DNA of 64,000 nt. Origin: Basidiobolus meristosporus CBS 931.73 (lineage: Eukaryota; Fungi; Basidiobolomycota). The stretch is taken from positions 1-64,000 of the forward strand of contig MCFE01000298.1 in NCBI GenBank assembly GCA_002104905.1, written 5' to 3'. The notes below the pieces were generated by a model. That model had not been told where the DNA came from. It did no database searches and saw only the letters and a list, made by a program, of their open reading frames with translations. A program made the translations under genes and the position numbers. Positions 24,770-39,780 of this stretch are shown in pieces; the stretch's first letter is position 1; each line of letters opens with the position of its first letter.

Positions 24770-26872
24770 AGCTTGATTAAGCCTGAATATTGGAGACCAG
24801 TGATGTCAGGTGATCAAGACAAGGATGACTTCTGGTATTACCCTTATCTGGTTTTTTCCTGATACAAGGTGAATTTTGCTGAATATGGTAGCTCCAGTGA
24901 GTTGTGTCAAAAGCTGATCAGTCCAAGATATGGGATACTTGTGTGTCACAGTAACTGAGTTAAGGGCTCTGTAGTCAAGGCACATCCTAAGTGTTCCATA
25001 CTTCTCATTCACAAAAAGTACTGGTGCTCCCCTGTTGACTTGCTGGGTCAGATATGTCCTTGCTCTAATAACAGATCTTGTTATCTCTTCATCTATTCTT
25101 ACTCTAATGGACACATTCTATTAGGTGTCTTACTCACTGGAGGGCTATCTCCTGTGCCAATGGCATAATCAATGTCTCTAACTAGTTGTAGACTTACAAG
25201 CACTTTGGGAAGCATGTCAGAATATTGCTCCAAAAGAGTCTGGACATTCTAGGGTCTGGAGTAGAGGAATATTTCTCCAATACTGACATGAGAAACATCT
25301 GGGTACCTTTTCTAAGTGCTCAACAGAGCAGTGTCTTGCTATGCTCACTTGTTTCACACACACTGAAATTGACCAAGTTGCATTTTAGTCTGGCAAGTAA
25401 TAGACCAAAGATCCTGTTGTCCTTCTGGATTTGGTTGGCATGGGTTCTCCATATGTTTAATAGACTACAACAAAAAAGCCAAGTTTTCTGAAGTACAAGG
25501 CCAAACTTGCAGGTCCCATATATATATTCCAGTTGGTCTCCTCCATAGTCATTGATCTTCATTCTTACTAGCTCAGTAATGCAGTTAATTATGGGAGAGT
25601 TCTCATCAGCTGTTGAATCTGAAGTTGGTGTGGTAGCTTCCAAGTTGATTGCAGCTTGTAAGGCAAATTGCTCTAACATGCACTCAGGTGATGATCCAGA
25701 GCCAATCATGATCTTAGCATGTATTCCATTGACTGCTCCATTCATGTATAATAGCTTCCCTGAGGTTGAGGTCATTTGGTAGAAGTATTCTTCTGTCATA
25801 TGCAAAGACAGTTATAAGTTTTCTTCAAGTTCATCTTCCATGTTACAATGCTTAAGGACTTCAATGTGGCTCAAGGCTCTTGTCAACCAGTGCTCACTTC
25901 TTCTCTGAGGGCAGTACTTTGCAATATGTCCTTGCTGGTGGCAATTAAAGCAAAGGCCTTTGTTCTTATATTTTTCCAAGGTTGAATTCCTCTGCATAGC
26001 ATCTGTTTCCATTGGTACTGCTTCTGATTGTCTTCTGTCCTAGTGATTGTAGCCTCTCTGGTAAGTCATTTTGGGCTTTCCAACTCCAAACATAGCTAAG
26101 TTATAGTCTATGACAATCTTGATGTCTTCTTCAATAGTCTGAGATCTTTGATTGCTCACTTCCTTGCAAGATCTTTCCTTCTACCCATCAATAAAGTATT
26201 AAACTTAATCCAGGGGGAAATTCCTTTAGAGTTAACAGCTTCTTCAATCTGAAGGAGCCAAGTTCCCAGGTTTCATTGACTCTACCATGATACCTGTTGA
26301 CCTTCACACCAAAGTAGCTCTGGACAGGTCTTTGCTGGTTCTGAGCCATGGTAGTCATTCCATGTTGCTGCTTGCAGAGGATCTGGAGTAACTGTTGCTG
26401 CTAGGCCAGGATTTGCTACATAGCATCCTTCCATTCTTGATTTTCTGATATTAGGAGAGGCTTCTTTCTTCAGGTGGGTAGTTTCTAGTCATTGCTGCTA
26501 CCAAAATTACAAGTCTTGATACAATAGTTGTAGAGGAACAGAGAGTCTAGCTAATATTGTATCCACTAAAACTCAAATTGATTTTTATTGAGGTTCCAGC
26601 AGCTACTCACATAAACTTTTGCTGATCAATAGCTGACTAATTGTTTATCCTAATGTAGGCTGTGGCTGATGACTCATTTGACTGCATCATTGTGATTCAA
26701 TTATATTGTACTTACAATATCTGGCTCTGTCAGATCATGATCTGCTGATTCATCTGCTGACAAATGCTGTTGATTTGATAGATTGCACTGTTATACCAAT
26801 AGGTTGAGCATACAAATAAGTCATTTGACTAAAAACTGATCCAATCTAATATTCTAGTGGTAGATCATAACA
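24770..26872 (-). mobile_element. Truncated gypsy element of the same family (5' LTR ~26505-26872, gag, protease, RT start)
   Basis: Reverse-complement LTR and PBS, CFNCHQQGHIAKYC, KIMIGSG and MCLDYRALN. The 3' half is missing. Confidence 0.9.
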
Positions 26873-27520
26873 CTTGCCACATCTCTAATTATCCTCAAGT
26901 GAAGTGATAGGAATTTTTTGGCATAAGCTCAAGTCATCAAGAGCTCTCTTAGTCATATTGCTTTTTTTGCTGCTTCACAGGCTACCTTATTCTCTACTTC
27001 TGTGGTAGAAAGTGCAGTTATTGGATGCTTTCTTGAATTCTATGAAATTGCTCCTTTACAGTAGCAAAAGGTTTATCCTATGATGGATCACTTGTTTTCA
27101 AATTTTTGTCCTCAATCAGCTTGAGAGTATCCCACTGGATCCTGCTATGAGCTCTCATAGGTATACCTTAAGCATATATCAGCTGTACCTTTTAGGTATT
27201 TAGAAATTTGCTCCACTGCTGCTATATGACCAAATCTATAGCTGTGATTAAGCTGGCTGACAACTCCTTCTGAATATGAGATATCAGGATGTGCTCCATG
27301 CATGAACTACTTCTAAAAGCCAGCCATAGATTTATAAGGAAGTTGGGAATTTTGGATGGCATCAAGCCCTCATGACTTGGTTGTTCATTGACTAAGTTAA
27401 GGCTTGTCTCCATTGGGACAGCCACCAGTTTACAGTCTTGCATTTGGTACCTCTTTAGTATATCTTGAGTATTTTTAGATTAGCTTAGGGTGATGGTCTG
27501 GGTACTTCTGTCTATAGAGA
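26873..27520 (-). pseudogene. Copia RT/RNase H fragment
   Basis: Paralogous to 51200-51870 (MQDCKLVAVPMET; decayed YS.WD.QAD and HP.TALSTTE motifs). Confidence 0.8.
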
Positions 27521-29204
27521 TCTTTATCCCTATGTGTAGACTTGTTTCATTTTACTCAGCCAGGGCATGCATCACAATCTTCAGTCATAAAGAACAATCA
27601 GGCACAACGCTGTAGCTACCAGTAAGCAGGATTGCACTTGGACAATTTTTCCCTAGGTGTGACAGTCTTGCAAACTGTGGCACAATCTAGCACAATGTGG
27701 TTGGCACAGATGAATCCACCTGCTTGTAATGTTTGCATCTTGTGTGTAGCTGAATACAACTATTAGGGTATTTAAATTCCAGTATTATAGTATGTTTCTT
27801 TAATGTTAATGCAAATGAAAATAAATGCTTATCACACTATAAACTAAACATACACTTATTGTTTTGGTTACCACACCCCAATTGGATGGAATGTAAATCA
27901 TTTATTGAACTCAAAGTATCATGAAGCTGTGAGCCCTCAGTGGGCTCACTTCTTAGTATACAAGCTACCTGATTTACGATCAAGTATCCCATTCTGCCCA
28001 CACAGCAAATAAGTCCCCAATTTTAGTATATGGGCTAGGTTTTATGGCTAGTTCAGAACTAATAAGGTAGGTGCAAAGCAGACCAAATAGCTGCACTGAT
28101 TTATAAATGATATGTAAATATGCAGGCTGTTCTTTTATAGGGGCTCTGTCTAAAATGTGAGACAACCTCAATATTGCTTATATTGGAATTTTGTGTTTGT
28201 TGGTTTGCAATGGCATTATCTGATTGATAACAAAAAAAATGTATTGTTTGGATCATAACAAATGATAGCAGTTCAACAAAGTTGCACCATCCTAACCTAG
28301 GCCTTTTTCTCACAGAGATTACCACTGGAGCATTTGGTAGCAATGCACTTTGCACACCTAAGCTACTTTCTTGTTGACTAGCATCTTGGCTACTTATGTG
28401 CTTGTTGTCAGTGTTTTGCCTCCTGGTTGAAAAATGTGGTGCTGAAGCATAGCCATGCTGAATTGCTCTAGATGATGTTACAGTACTGGCATGAAATGCC
28501 ATGTGCTGCTATGTACTTTACTTGCCATAGTCTCCTCTTGTAGAGGCACTCCAGAGGGTCATTGTCAGTCAATTCACCAGAAGTGACTTGTAGATGGTCA
28601 GGTGTAACATTGTGCCCAAGTGTAACTTGGTGCTTAGGTATGGCCCTTAGCTGAGGTTGATGTGATGCCACATGTTGTTGCAACTTGGCCTGCTCCAATG
28701 GACTTCTGCCTAAATGAGCAGTCTGGCAAATTCTGGTAGTTTTGCTCTGAACTGCACATATCAACTTGGCATGTGGTGCTCTTGTGAAGGATGTTGGCAT
28801 GGATTTGACTGACATGAGCCAGCACGCTGTGGCTGTTGAAATATTGGACTATTTGGTATCATTCAGCAGCTAAAAATTTACTTAACAATTATAGACTAGT
28901 CTTAGTCACTGTAGGACTCATTTACTGCCTTAACATTGCCACTCTCTCCAGATATATGATCTTATTATTATTCCCCTATAGTCAGGATCAAATTAGCACT
29001 ATTACCAAACATTATGTACTAGCCCTGAAACTGTTACAGAATGCTCCTGAATATTGAGAAACCCTCCCTACTTAGTGTTACAGCTGTATTACTTCTACAA
29101 AGGTATAAATGCAGAGCTTCTTTATGAATAAACAACAGTTCAACTATTATCACTATTTCTTGATAAGTTCCTTATATCCAAATCACTTCTTAAATTGCAA
29201 CAGT

Positions 29205-29480
29205 GGTGGTGTTTAAGTCCAAGGGAGAGATACCTCCAATACTTCTTAAGTGCTTTGTGTGTGGGGTTTTCACTGGGTGCAATAACCTCTGGCAAAGCTT
29301 GCTAGGAGTACTTGGGTTCTGTCTCTACTCTAATGTGAAGGGAAATAAAGACATAAGCCTGTCAAGGGAAGACTATTGAGCTACAATACCCAACTTGGTT
29401 GGCACTTTAACAAAAGTATGTACTGGGTTGAGCAACCTTTGAGATGACAATGTACTACAGCTTTCAAAGTCAAAACAACT
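29205..29480 (+). repeat. Fragment of the ~1.07-kb LTR family Y
   Basis: Reverse-complement match to about 45370-45650. Confidence 0.75.
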
Positions 29481-31200
29481 ACAAACACCACCAGTAGGGA
29501 CTTGATAGGCCTGATGCCATCTCAGAGCCCTGACTTGTCTTAGCAACCTATGGTTGGTGGTTTGATATATCATGCTTGGATCACATCTTGGTATCTTGTT
29601 TTCAGTGGGAGTTGTAGACCGGCATAATCAGAGCTATGGATCCAATCATGTTATATTACTGAAGTGGATTTTTGGATACCTAAAAAGAGCTGCTGATATC
29701 TGCTTAAGATATACTGATAGGGATTCAGAACAGAATTATGTGAGGTAGTCTGATGCAGATTGGGGACAGAACTTGGAAGACAGAAGATCCACCACAGGAT
29801 ATACCTTTCTTTACTGTAAAGGAGCAATTTCATCAAATTCAAGAAACCAACCAACTGTAGCACTTTCTACCACAGAGGCAGGTTATATGGCAGCCTGTGA
29901 AGCTACAGAAGAAGCAATGTGGCTAAGAGAGCTTTTTTTTTTGTATACAGAATTGTCAAAGCTGAAACTGAATCTTTCTGATGTGGCCTTGCTTACAGAT
30001 AGTAGGTTCTAGGCTATTTCTGGTACATGGAGTACTTTGTTAAAGGTAAGTGTGTGGCTTTCTTCACTGCTTCCAGGATCTACATGGATATCTCCTTCTC
30101 CACTTGCATCAGTTGATCTATTGTCACTCATGAAAACCTTCACCATTAGATTTCCTTGATATTGGAAACAGGTTCTTTTTTGTGTGTCAATTGTAAAGAT
30201 GCTCCAGAGTCTATATACCACATCTGAGAATCCTTTTTGTGGTCATACTTAGTGCAGATATAAGCAGTCTATCTTCAGCTTTTGCAACATTTTTATATTC
30301 AGGCTTTTCTGCTGGCTATCTCTCTTTTTGGGGCACCCATCTGATGGGTGTCCTTCCCTTTTGCAGTAGTTCCAAAATAGGCTGCTATTGGCTTTAAGAG
30401 GTCTTGGATATATCCTTTGCTGGTTATTGTTGCCTATTAAAACATTTTCCTTTTTCCTTCTGATTAGTACTTGATTTTCTTAATTCATGATCTAGGAGTC
30501 TTCCATTTATATTTAAGGTAAAAACCTCAGTTCTGAGCTCCAGGGCTGATACAAAGCTCTGAAACATCTCTGGCAGGCTTTTCAGGATGGCAACTAACAC
30601 AACCTCATCAGTTGCTGATATGCCACATATTCCATCTCATCCACCTGCAGGGTAATTCTGCTAATTAAATTTTCATTTCTTATTTTGGCTGCATCTTTGT
30701 AGCAAAGAGGTTTTGTTTAAGACATATTCTCTTAGCAGCAGAAAATGACTGGCCAGTGTCTTGTAATACTTTACAGGCATTTATTGCCATTTTGCTCTGG
30801 AGCATTGAATTAGCAATTTGTTTTTGACTTAAAGGCAAATGCAGTTAAAGGCACTCTGCTCCTTCTTCTGGTACTTTAAGGCTTTCTCTTGGACATTTTA
30901 GGAGAGCATTATTCACCTGTGACACCTCCTAATGGCCCCCTATTTGTAGCTGCATCTTCATCTTCACCTTCCACAGTTGTAGTTATATCCATCCAGTGTT
31001 CTAGCAGAGGGAAATAATCCAGTAATAGCAGTAGTAGTCATTGCAGAGGATGACAGCTTGGGGCTCATAAACAGCAGTAGGAGTGTTGGAGATATTGGAA
31101 GGGATTGGGAGGGCAGGTAGATTTATTTAAAGTAATGAATATACTTTTACATATCCTCACATGACAAGTGTAGTGGTAGGGTAAACATACTTCCCACATA
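29480..31200. mobile_element. Two opposed copia remnants: RT/RNase H (+, ~29480-29975) and gag-pol with PBS and LTR start (-, ~29975-31200)
   Basis: [34 protein letters not shown] on plus. MSDNRSTDASGEGDIHV and PBS GCTTGGGGCTCATAAAC near 31056 on the minus-strand copy. Confidence 0.8.
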
Positions 31201-31800
31201 CAAGTTTATTCATATTGCTATTATGTTGTACCTGTCCATATTTTATTTTGTCAGTATTATCCTGTTCTTTTTTGCCCATATTATTAGTATTATCCCCATA
31301 TGATGTTTAACCTAATTAGTTATTAGCATTAGTTAGCTCAGATTTATTCTGCTTGGTGATTTGTATATAAATATATATTAGGCAAGTACCCGTGTCAATA
31401 CCCATGACACATGACCTAAGTCTGTGTTACCATCCCTAACATTTAAATACCATATATGGTATCTTTATGCTTCACAGGTTTCAGATACTGATACCTGATT
31501 AGTTGGATGTGCTGTGCTTTTAAGAACCTTCCAGGACATTCTTGATATATTTTTAGCTCATAGTGATTTCATAAAGATGCCTGGAATTTTCTAGAACCTT
31601 GTCATTAGTAATCACTTGGCAATTAGGAAAAGTATTTAAGGGAAGTCAATCTCTCATCAATGAATATTTCCTTTTATCAGTAACACTTCTCCCTTTTTGG
31701 TTAGCAGTTGATCACTGCACCTGCCTTCATCATAAAATCTCAGACTTGCCATCAAGGAGCTTTTCAGGGAAGTGGGCAAGACACACAGAGGCCATTGGAG
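31150..31800 (-). repeat. Diverged fragment of LTR family Y
   Basis: Shares GGCAAGTACC.GTG.CA.TACCCATGA, CACAGGTTTCAGA.TACTGAT and CACTT.GC.A.TA.GAAAAGTAT with 44780-45070. Confidence 0.65.
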
Positions 31801-33608
31801 ACACTTTGAGCACCTAGGAAGCTAGAGAAGCAGGAGCTTTTACCATAGTGACATATTGACAAAGATGCCAGCAGTTTAGACCCAGTGGCACACCTTGAGA
31901 TGTGTAACTTCTGCCAGTAGTACCTCTACACCACTGCTGTGTGCAAAATAGGTTTAGGAAGATCCCAAGTGCATGTGGGCAAATCTTGGGGCTGTTTGGA
32001 CAACCTTGAGTATTTTTATGCTCTAGAAATCTGATATCTGGGTGAAAATATTCCAAGTGAATCCCAAGAAGGAATCTGGTTGGTACTCTCCAAGATTTAA
32101 AGATGATGATATAAGTGACTAAGGAAGGTGAATATTTAGGTGAAATTACAAATGTTTATTACATATATGGCTATGCCTTTGCCATGGCACTTGATGAATT
32201 TCACAGTGCAAGTAATCAGCCAGAAAATACTACTGGCCACTGATTCTTATCAACCTGAAGCTGCCATCTATCTTACAATATCAGTGCAGAAATTTAATGG
32301 TAGTTTCACTGATATCTGGGCCTAAGTCACCATCCAACCTTGAAAGCTACTGGAATCTATTGCTGGATAACTTTTGTATGCTATTCAGTGGGATAATAGT
32401 GAATGACAACCATGTCAAAGCTCATATTATTATCTGCATTGGAGATGCCCAGGCAGTAGCCAGATAGCTGGCTTTGTAGGCTTAACAGATGGTATTGCTG
32501 TCAAATATGTGAGAATATGGAGACTTCCTCCACTTCTCAGACACATTTTTGCTATCCAGACACCAATAGTAAGTACAACATCTTTCCACAGAGCAAACAT
32601 ACAATACTCATCATACAATTGCAGTAAAGCTGGCAAGCTATATGCCATCAGCCAGAATATAAGAATAATTAAGAACCAAAGATACTGAAGATGGAGGGAA
32701 TCTGTTGGAGCAAAAGCTTTCCACTGGGAGCATTGCATATGCCCTGCTACAATATCCCTATACTAATGACCAAGTTGTACATGGGACATTTCATACAAAG
32801 TGTGCCCATTGAGATTCAAGAAAAACTTGAAAGAATTGGCAAGCTATTACAGCACATTCTCTGCCTGAAGTATTTCTCACAAGTTCCAATCAACATTCAT
32901 ACATATATTTAACAATACAAATGCAACAACTGGATGAAGTGAATGTCACATATTCAAGTGGCCTTCTAAACAATTTCTACCAAGAGTATATCAGAAGCTT
33001 TGGGAGTCATATGTTGACAATGTAGATATATTACTCTAGAGGCAGATAACAAATACCAACTTGGCATAGATACAGCTTTTATGCAAGGAATTTGCATTGG
33101 GATCTAAGCAGCTATACCTCATGCATATGGCTGAACATATAGATCTTTGCCATAACTGCATTCATTTGCTACTCCATCTGGCTTGCTGTGTCAAGAATAC
33201 TGCACCTTAGTTCACCTTTTGGGAGTTTCCAATGGAGCAGATCTGTAGGGAAGTACAAAGACAAGTCAAGTTGCAAATACTGCCATATCTTAATCTCATT
33301 AAGAATACTACCTTCAAGCCCATCATGGATATAATGAGTTGGCATATGGAGGACAGCTGGGAAGAGTTGCTAAATACTGAGGACAAATATGTGAATGGCA
33401 ATACCTAGGCCATTGGCATTAAGAAACTAAGCAGCCCCAATATATGGGTGATTAGTTAAGTTATGCATGGTTGGGTTGGACACAGCAAGCTACTCATTTT
33501 GTTTTCCTATGGAACAAATGTGTGGGGAGACAGAGAGACAAGTCAAGTTGCAGGTACTACAATATCCCAGTCTTTTCCAGAATACTACCTTCAAGTCTGT
33601 ATTGGATG

Positions 33609-34733
33609 TGTGGTAATGGAAAGTATTCCATTAATTCAATATCTCAAAACCAATATTGCACTCATTTCTTAATTTTTGCTTTTGCTATTTAACACACAAA
33701 TGAATGCTCAAGAAAATTCAACTTTGAAGGACAAAATCTCAGGACCCTGACAAGCAGTCCACCTAAGAATATTATGTCATACAGAACATGCAGAATTGAA
33801 CACATATTTCAAATTACAGCTAATTTGAAGCAGTACTTAAGAAGTTATGATAAATAGAGTCCAATTATCATTTATACTAGGCCTCTACTGCCAGGATTAC
33901 TATGGTGACTTTGATTGCATGTAACTTTTGAACTAGCTGACCAAATCATGGGAGATTTTGACAGGTGCTGCACCCATATCCTATTTGTGCCACTGCTAAA
34001 TTTAGCTTTGTATGATGTGTATTACTTGTGCAATTGCCCAAAAACTTTGATCCTTCAATATTCTGATATATATGACTTCCCCAGCTGAAAAATAAAGAGA
34101 GACCCTCTCTTTCTAGAATCTCCACACTACAGTTACAAGTTTAAAGGTTGAAAGACTTCCCTTGCAACACTTGCACTGATGATTATTCTGACTTTGATGG
34201 TACTACATCAGTAGAGAGATTGCAAAGCTCACAAGAATCCAATCTAAGTTCTACAAGAAAACAACCATTATTCTGTTGGAAAAGTCCCCTTTGGTGTAAA
34301 GTCCACTATAAAGACCTTTGTAAGTAGCCCCTTTACTCCAAATACACCCCGTTAGACACCCCTTTAGGCTTGAAGACCCCTTTAGAGACTTCTACACCAC
34401 ACCCCTTTAGGTTAAAGGGGAATTCAGAATTTCCATATCAGAAATCATTATCCCATAATGGAAAGAGACTTCCAAATAAGGAAAAGTCACTATAAATGTA
34501 AATAAGCCCAACAGTTGACAGAATGTCAGCATACCACTGTACAAGTGAGAAACATTGTCTACAGTGTGTTTTGAGCCTAAGACTGAGGATACTAGTAAAA
34601 GTTTTATTGTTTGTTTGTATTTCGAACTCCCAATAAGCTATTTCAGTATTTGCATACTGGAAGTGGTTGTATACTGTTAATTAGCCACTATATTATATAA
34701 CAAGCCACAAACTAATCATAAAACAACACAACA
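33609..34733 (+). repeat. Solo LTR family X, copy 1 (1125 bp)
   Basis: TGTGGTAATGG...AACACAACA with 4-bp TSD GATG. No coding capacity. Internal CACCCCTTTA repeats. Confidence 0.88.
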
Positions 34734-37700
34734 GATGTGATATATTGGCACATGGAGGACCGCCAGGAAGAGTTGGAAATTACTGAGGACAGATATGCAT
34801 AAGGCAACACCTAAGCCTGGACATTACATGTTGTAAGAGTCTTGGGATATTGGAAGTGATCTGGGAGGACAAGAATATTATGTGGTTTTCACTTAATGAT
34901 ATATTTAAGGTAAAAGTATTGCTAATACTTTTACATGGTCTAGTCATTATGAGCCAGTTGAATAGGCTAAGGAAGGTCCCAATAGTATGTGTGCAAAGAT
35001 TGGGGCTGCTTGGACAACTTTGAAATTTTCATGTTTGGGGTATCTGATATCTTGGTGAATATATTCTAAGTAAATCCCATCAAGGAATTTGGTCAGTTTT
35101 CACTAGGATTTGAAGATGATGATCTAAGTGATTGAGTTAGGTAAATATTGAGGTGGAATTGCAAGCTTTTACAACACTCCCACTCAGCTAAATATTCATG
35201 CTAACTAGTTTGCATTTTGACCTATGATATTCAAACTTGTCTCTAGCCAATGGTTTGGTAAATACATTTGCAACCATTTAATCTGAAGGGCAGTATGCTA
35301 AGCTAACTAGCTTATTCTCTATAGCCTCACATATGAACTGATGTCCAATATCTATGTGCTTGGTTCTAGCATGAGAAGTTGGATTTCTACCAAATGTATG
35401 CATCCTTGATTATCTTGAAATAAAATTATAGGTGGTTTTTGACATAGGCTTAAATCTGTAAAAAGTTTTCTTAATCACTTTGCTTCTTTTGTAGCCGCAC
35501 ATGCTGCCATATACTCTGCCTCTGCAGTACAAAGTGCTCTGGTTGGTTCCTTTCTTGAATTCCATGAAATTGCTCCTTTACAGTAAAGACAGGTATATCC
35601 TGTGATCACTCATTCCACAAGATGCTGTTCTGAATCAGTAGAAGTGCATCTTAAGCAGATATCAGCAGTTCCTTTTAGGTATCTAAAAATCTGCTAAACT
35701 GCTGCAATATGATCAAATCCATAGTTCTGATTATGCTGGCCAAACAACCCCTACTGAATATGAGATACCTGGACATTTTCCAAGCATGATATACATCTGA
35801 CTGCCAACCAATGATTTTTAAGGAAAGTCAGGGCTTTCAGATGGCAGCAAGCTCTCTTGATTTAGTTAAATTTTGACCAAGTTAAGGTTTGTCTCCATTG
35901 GGGTAGCTACCTGCCTACAGTCTTTTATTTGGTACTTCTTTATTATATCTTGAATATACTTGGATTTGCTTAGGAGGATAGTCTGGGTACCTCTGTCTAT
36001 GGAGAACTTAATCCCTTAGTAGTAACTGAGTTCTCATAGATTGGACATTTTGAATTTGTCAGATAGGCTGGATTTAGTCTCTTCCACCCTATAAAAAATA
36101 ATTAGGTCTCACAGTGTAGTGGGGTCACAGTAACACCCACCAACAGATGTGCATATTTGCATATTTCTCCATCTCTATTTCTCTACTACACTTATTTTAG
36201 TTTTATCCCATTTGTCTTACTTGATCAGTACTATCTCATAAGCCAGCTGACTATTACACCTGCTTACCTTATTGCATAAGTCATCCCTCACTTTATGTGA
36301 GATTACTAGCTGTAAGTTCTGGTATATTAGGCAAGAACCCATGCTGGTACCTGTGACACATGGTCAACCCATGTCACCATCCCTACAATTGCTACACCAT
36401 ATGTGGAGTCCCTATGTTACACAGGTTTCAGAGTATTGATTCCTGATTGGTATTATGTGGATTCCACCAGCCAGGACATCCAATTGCCTTGTATGGCAAG
36501 AATCTTGACGTTATTGTGATGGCCTCTCAGCAAGACTCTGATTGCATTATATTGGCAGTACAACAGCCAACAGGTGGCTCTGTATAATGCTACTGTACCA
36601 ATTTACCATATGGTATTTCTTTTTTCTACCTCTCCTTAAGTATCTCATATATTCCAAGGTAGAGTCACCCCTCTTTATTTACTTACCCATTACTACCTTG
36701 GGTATTCCACTTATAGTCTGAATCCAAAAAAACTATGGCCTCCTGCTTACTAACCTCTACAAACACACACATTTGCTGCAATTGACATACATCTATCTGT
36801 TGTAAGAGTCTTGGAGATATTGGAAGTGATTGGGAGGACAAGTAGATTATGTGGTTTTCACTTAATGATTTATTGAATGTAAAAGTAGTATTTATACTTT
36901 TACCTGGTCTGATTGTTGCCACTTCAGCCATGAATACCGCCTGAACATCCGCAAAGAACTTCTTGGTATTCAGCCAGTATATTTCTTCTCCTTGCTGGAT
37001 TCTAGTCCACTTTATAGGTGTGCTCTGGCTTTTGTATGTGTGAATTCCATACTGAACGGTGTAAAAGTTGGCTTGTGACCAAGAGAAATCCAGCATATCT
37101 TGGTAGAGTTTTGCTAATAAAAATTAGTTGCTTGCTGCACCCAACCCAACTTTGCATTACTTAACTAATTACCCATGCATTGGGGCTGCTTAGCTTCTTA
37201 ATGTCATAGGCATAGGTGGCTCCATGTGCACATTTGTCCTCAGTATTTTCCAACTCTAGCTGGCTGTCCTCCATAAGCCAACTCATCACATCCATGATAG
37301 ACTTGAAGGTAATATTCTTGATGAGATTGGGATATGGTGGTACCCGTGACTTGGCTTGTTTTCCTATCTCCCCATACATCCGCTCCATAGGAAACTTCCA
37401 GAAGGTGAAGCAAAGCCCAATATTCTCCACACACTGTTTCAAGATGGAGTAGAGAATGGATACAGTAGCGGCAGAAATCTACGCATTCAGCTTTATGCTT
37501 GTGTTGTAACCACTCAAATGCCATCACAAACTCCTTGCAGAGCAGCTGTAGATGCAGCAAGTTGGCATTGGTGATCTGCTTCTGGATAAATATTCATAAA
37601 ATATCCATATATGACTCCCAATGCTTCCAAAGTACTCTTGGTAGGAATGGCTTCAGAATGCCACTTGAATAAATAGATATCCAGCTCATCAAGTCTTTGT

Positions 37701-39780
37701 ATTTGCATTGTTACATATGCGTACCCTATGAAAAATAATTTGGTCCCATGGTTGGATCTGATCCAGATCAGCCATCAGGATCCCATTGAGAGACCATCAT
37801 AGTACCAGCAGCTTGGAATTTGTGACCTCATAACAATCTTATAACAGGATCATGATGGTGTTTTACTAATTTTACACACAAATAAAGGGACAAAGCTTGA
37901 CAATATTTTATTGGTGCTGTGACAATATATGCATGGTATTTTTGCAGCTTTTAGCGCTCTATAACTATTTAAGTGGATCCAGTTGGCCAAGTCATCCAAT
38001 TGCCTTACATGGTAAGAAACTTGACAGTATTTGACTGCCTCTCAGCAAGACTCTGATGAAATTATATCTGCCATATGATGGCCTACAGCTGGTTCTGTAT
38101 AATGCTACTGTGCCAATTTATCTAGCAGTATTTCCTTTTTCTACCCCCCCTTGTGCAATCCATATATTCCAATGTAGAATCACCTCTCTTTGTTTGCTGA
38201 CCCACTGCTACCTTGGGTATTCCACATATAGTTTTAATCAAAAAACTATGGCCTCCTGCTTACTAACCTCTACAAACATGCACATTTGCTGCACTTGACA
38301 TACTCCTATCAACTCAACTTTACAGCTTTTTAGTATGAAACTTGCAAAGTTACCATATACCTTGTACTGCTTGTAACATATACATCTTGCAAAGATATGC
38401 TAGATTGTTGCCACTTCAGCCATGAATACCTCCTGAATATATGCAAAGAACAACTTGGTATTTAGCTAATGTATTCCTTCTGCTTGCTGGATTCTAGTGC
38501 ACTTATAGGTGCACTCTGGCTTTTGTTGGTGTGAATTTGGCACTGAATGGTGTGGAGGTTGGATTGTGACTATGATAGATCCGGCTTACCTTGTCAGAGT
38601 TTTCCTGATAAAAACTAGCTGCTTGTTGCACCCAACCCAACTTTGCATTACTTAACTAATTACCCATGCATTGGGGCTGCTTAGCTTCTTAATGCCATAG
38701 GCATAGATGTCTCCATGTTCACATTTGTCCTTGGTATTTTCCAACTCTTTCTGGCCATCCTCCATGTGCAAACTCAACACATACATGCAGACTTGAAGAT
38801 AATATTCTTGATGAGATTGGGATATGGAAGTACCTGCAACTTGACTTGTTTTCCTATCTCCCTACACATCCACTCCATAGGAAACTCTCAAAAGATGAAG
38901 CAAGACCCAGAATTCTCCACACACCCTGCATGATGGAGTAGAGAATGGATAAAGTAGCAGTAGAGATATACGTGCTCAGCTTTATGCTTGTGGTATAGCC
39001 ACTCAAATTCTGTCACAAACTCCTCACCCAACAGCTGTAGATGCGTCAAGTTGGTATTGGAGATCGGTTTCTGGATAAATATTCCTACAATGATCACATA
39101 TGACTCCCAATGCTTCCAATGTACTCTTAGTAAGAATAGCTTCATAGCTCCACTTCAATAAATACATATCCAGTTTATCTAGTCTTTGCATTTGTATTGT
39201 TGCATATAAGTATGAGTATTGATTGAAGCCTGTGAGAAGTTCTTAGAGTAGCGGCTACTATGTAATATCTTGCCAATTCTTTTGAATTTCTCCGGTATCT
39301 TGAAGGGCTCATTTAGCTTGATATGCCCTGTGTACAACTTGGTCATCATTATAGCTTGCCAACTTTACTGCAATTGCATGCTCACTTCTGTTTGTTCTCT
39401 TTGTGGAAAGATGATGTTCTCAGTGCTGGTGTTAGGGTAATAATAATGTGTATGAGTTATGGAATAAATCCCCTGGATCTCACACATTTAACAGCAATAC
39501 TGTCCATTGTGTCTGGAAAAACCTGCTATCTTGCTTATGACTGTGGTATCTCCAATGCAGAAAATAATATACGCTTTTACATGATGGCCATTTATTGTTA
39601 TCCTGCTGGAAAGCATACAAAATTCATCCAGCAATGAATACAGGTAGCTATCCAGGTTTGACAGTGATTTAGGCACAGATACCAGTGAGACTACCATCAG
39701 ATTATTGCTCTGGTATTGTAAGATAGGCATCAGATTCAGGTTGATGAGAATAAGTGGCCAGCAGGGTTTGCTGGTAGAGT

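Noticed and set aside
36683-37096. 137-aa ORF
   Set aside because: It is a chimera of the transposase C-terminus and an inserted copia LTR fragment.
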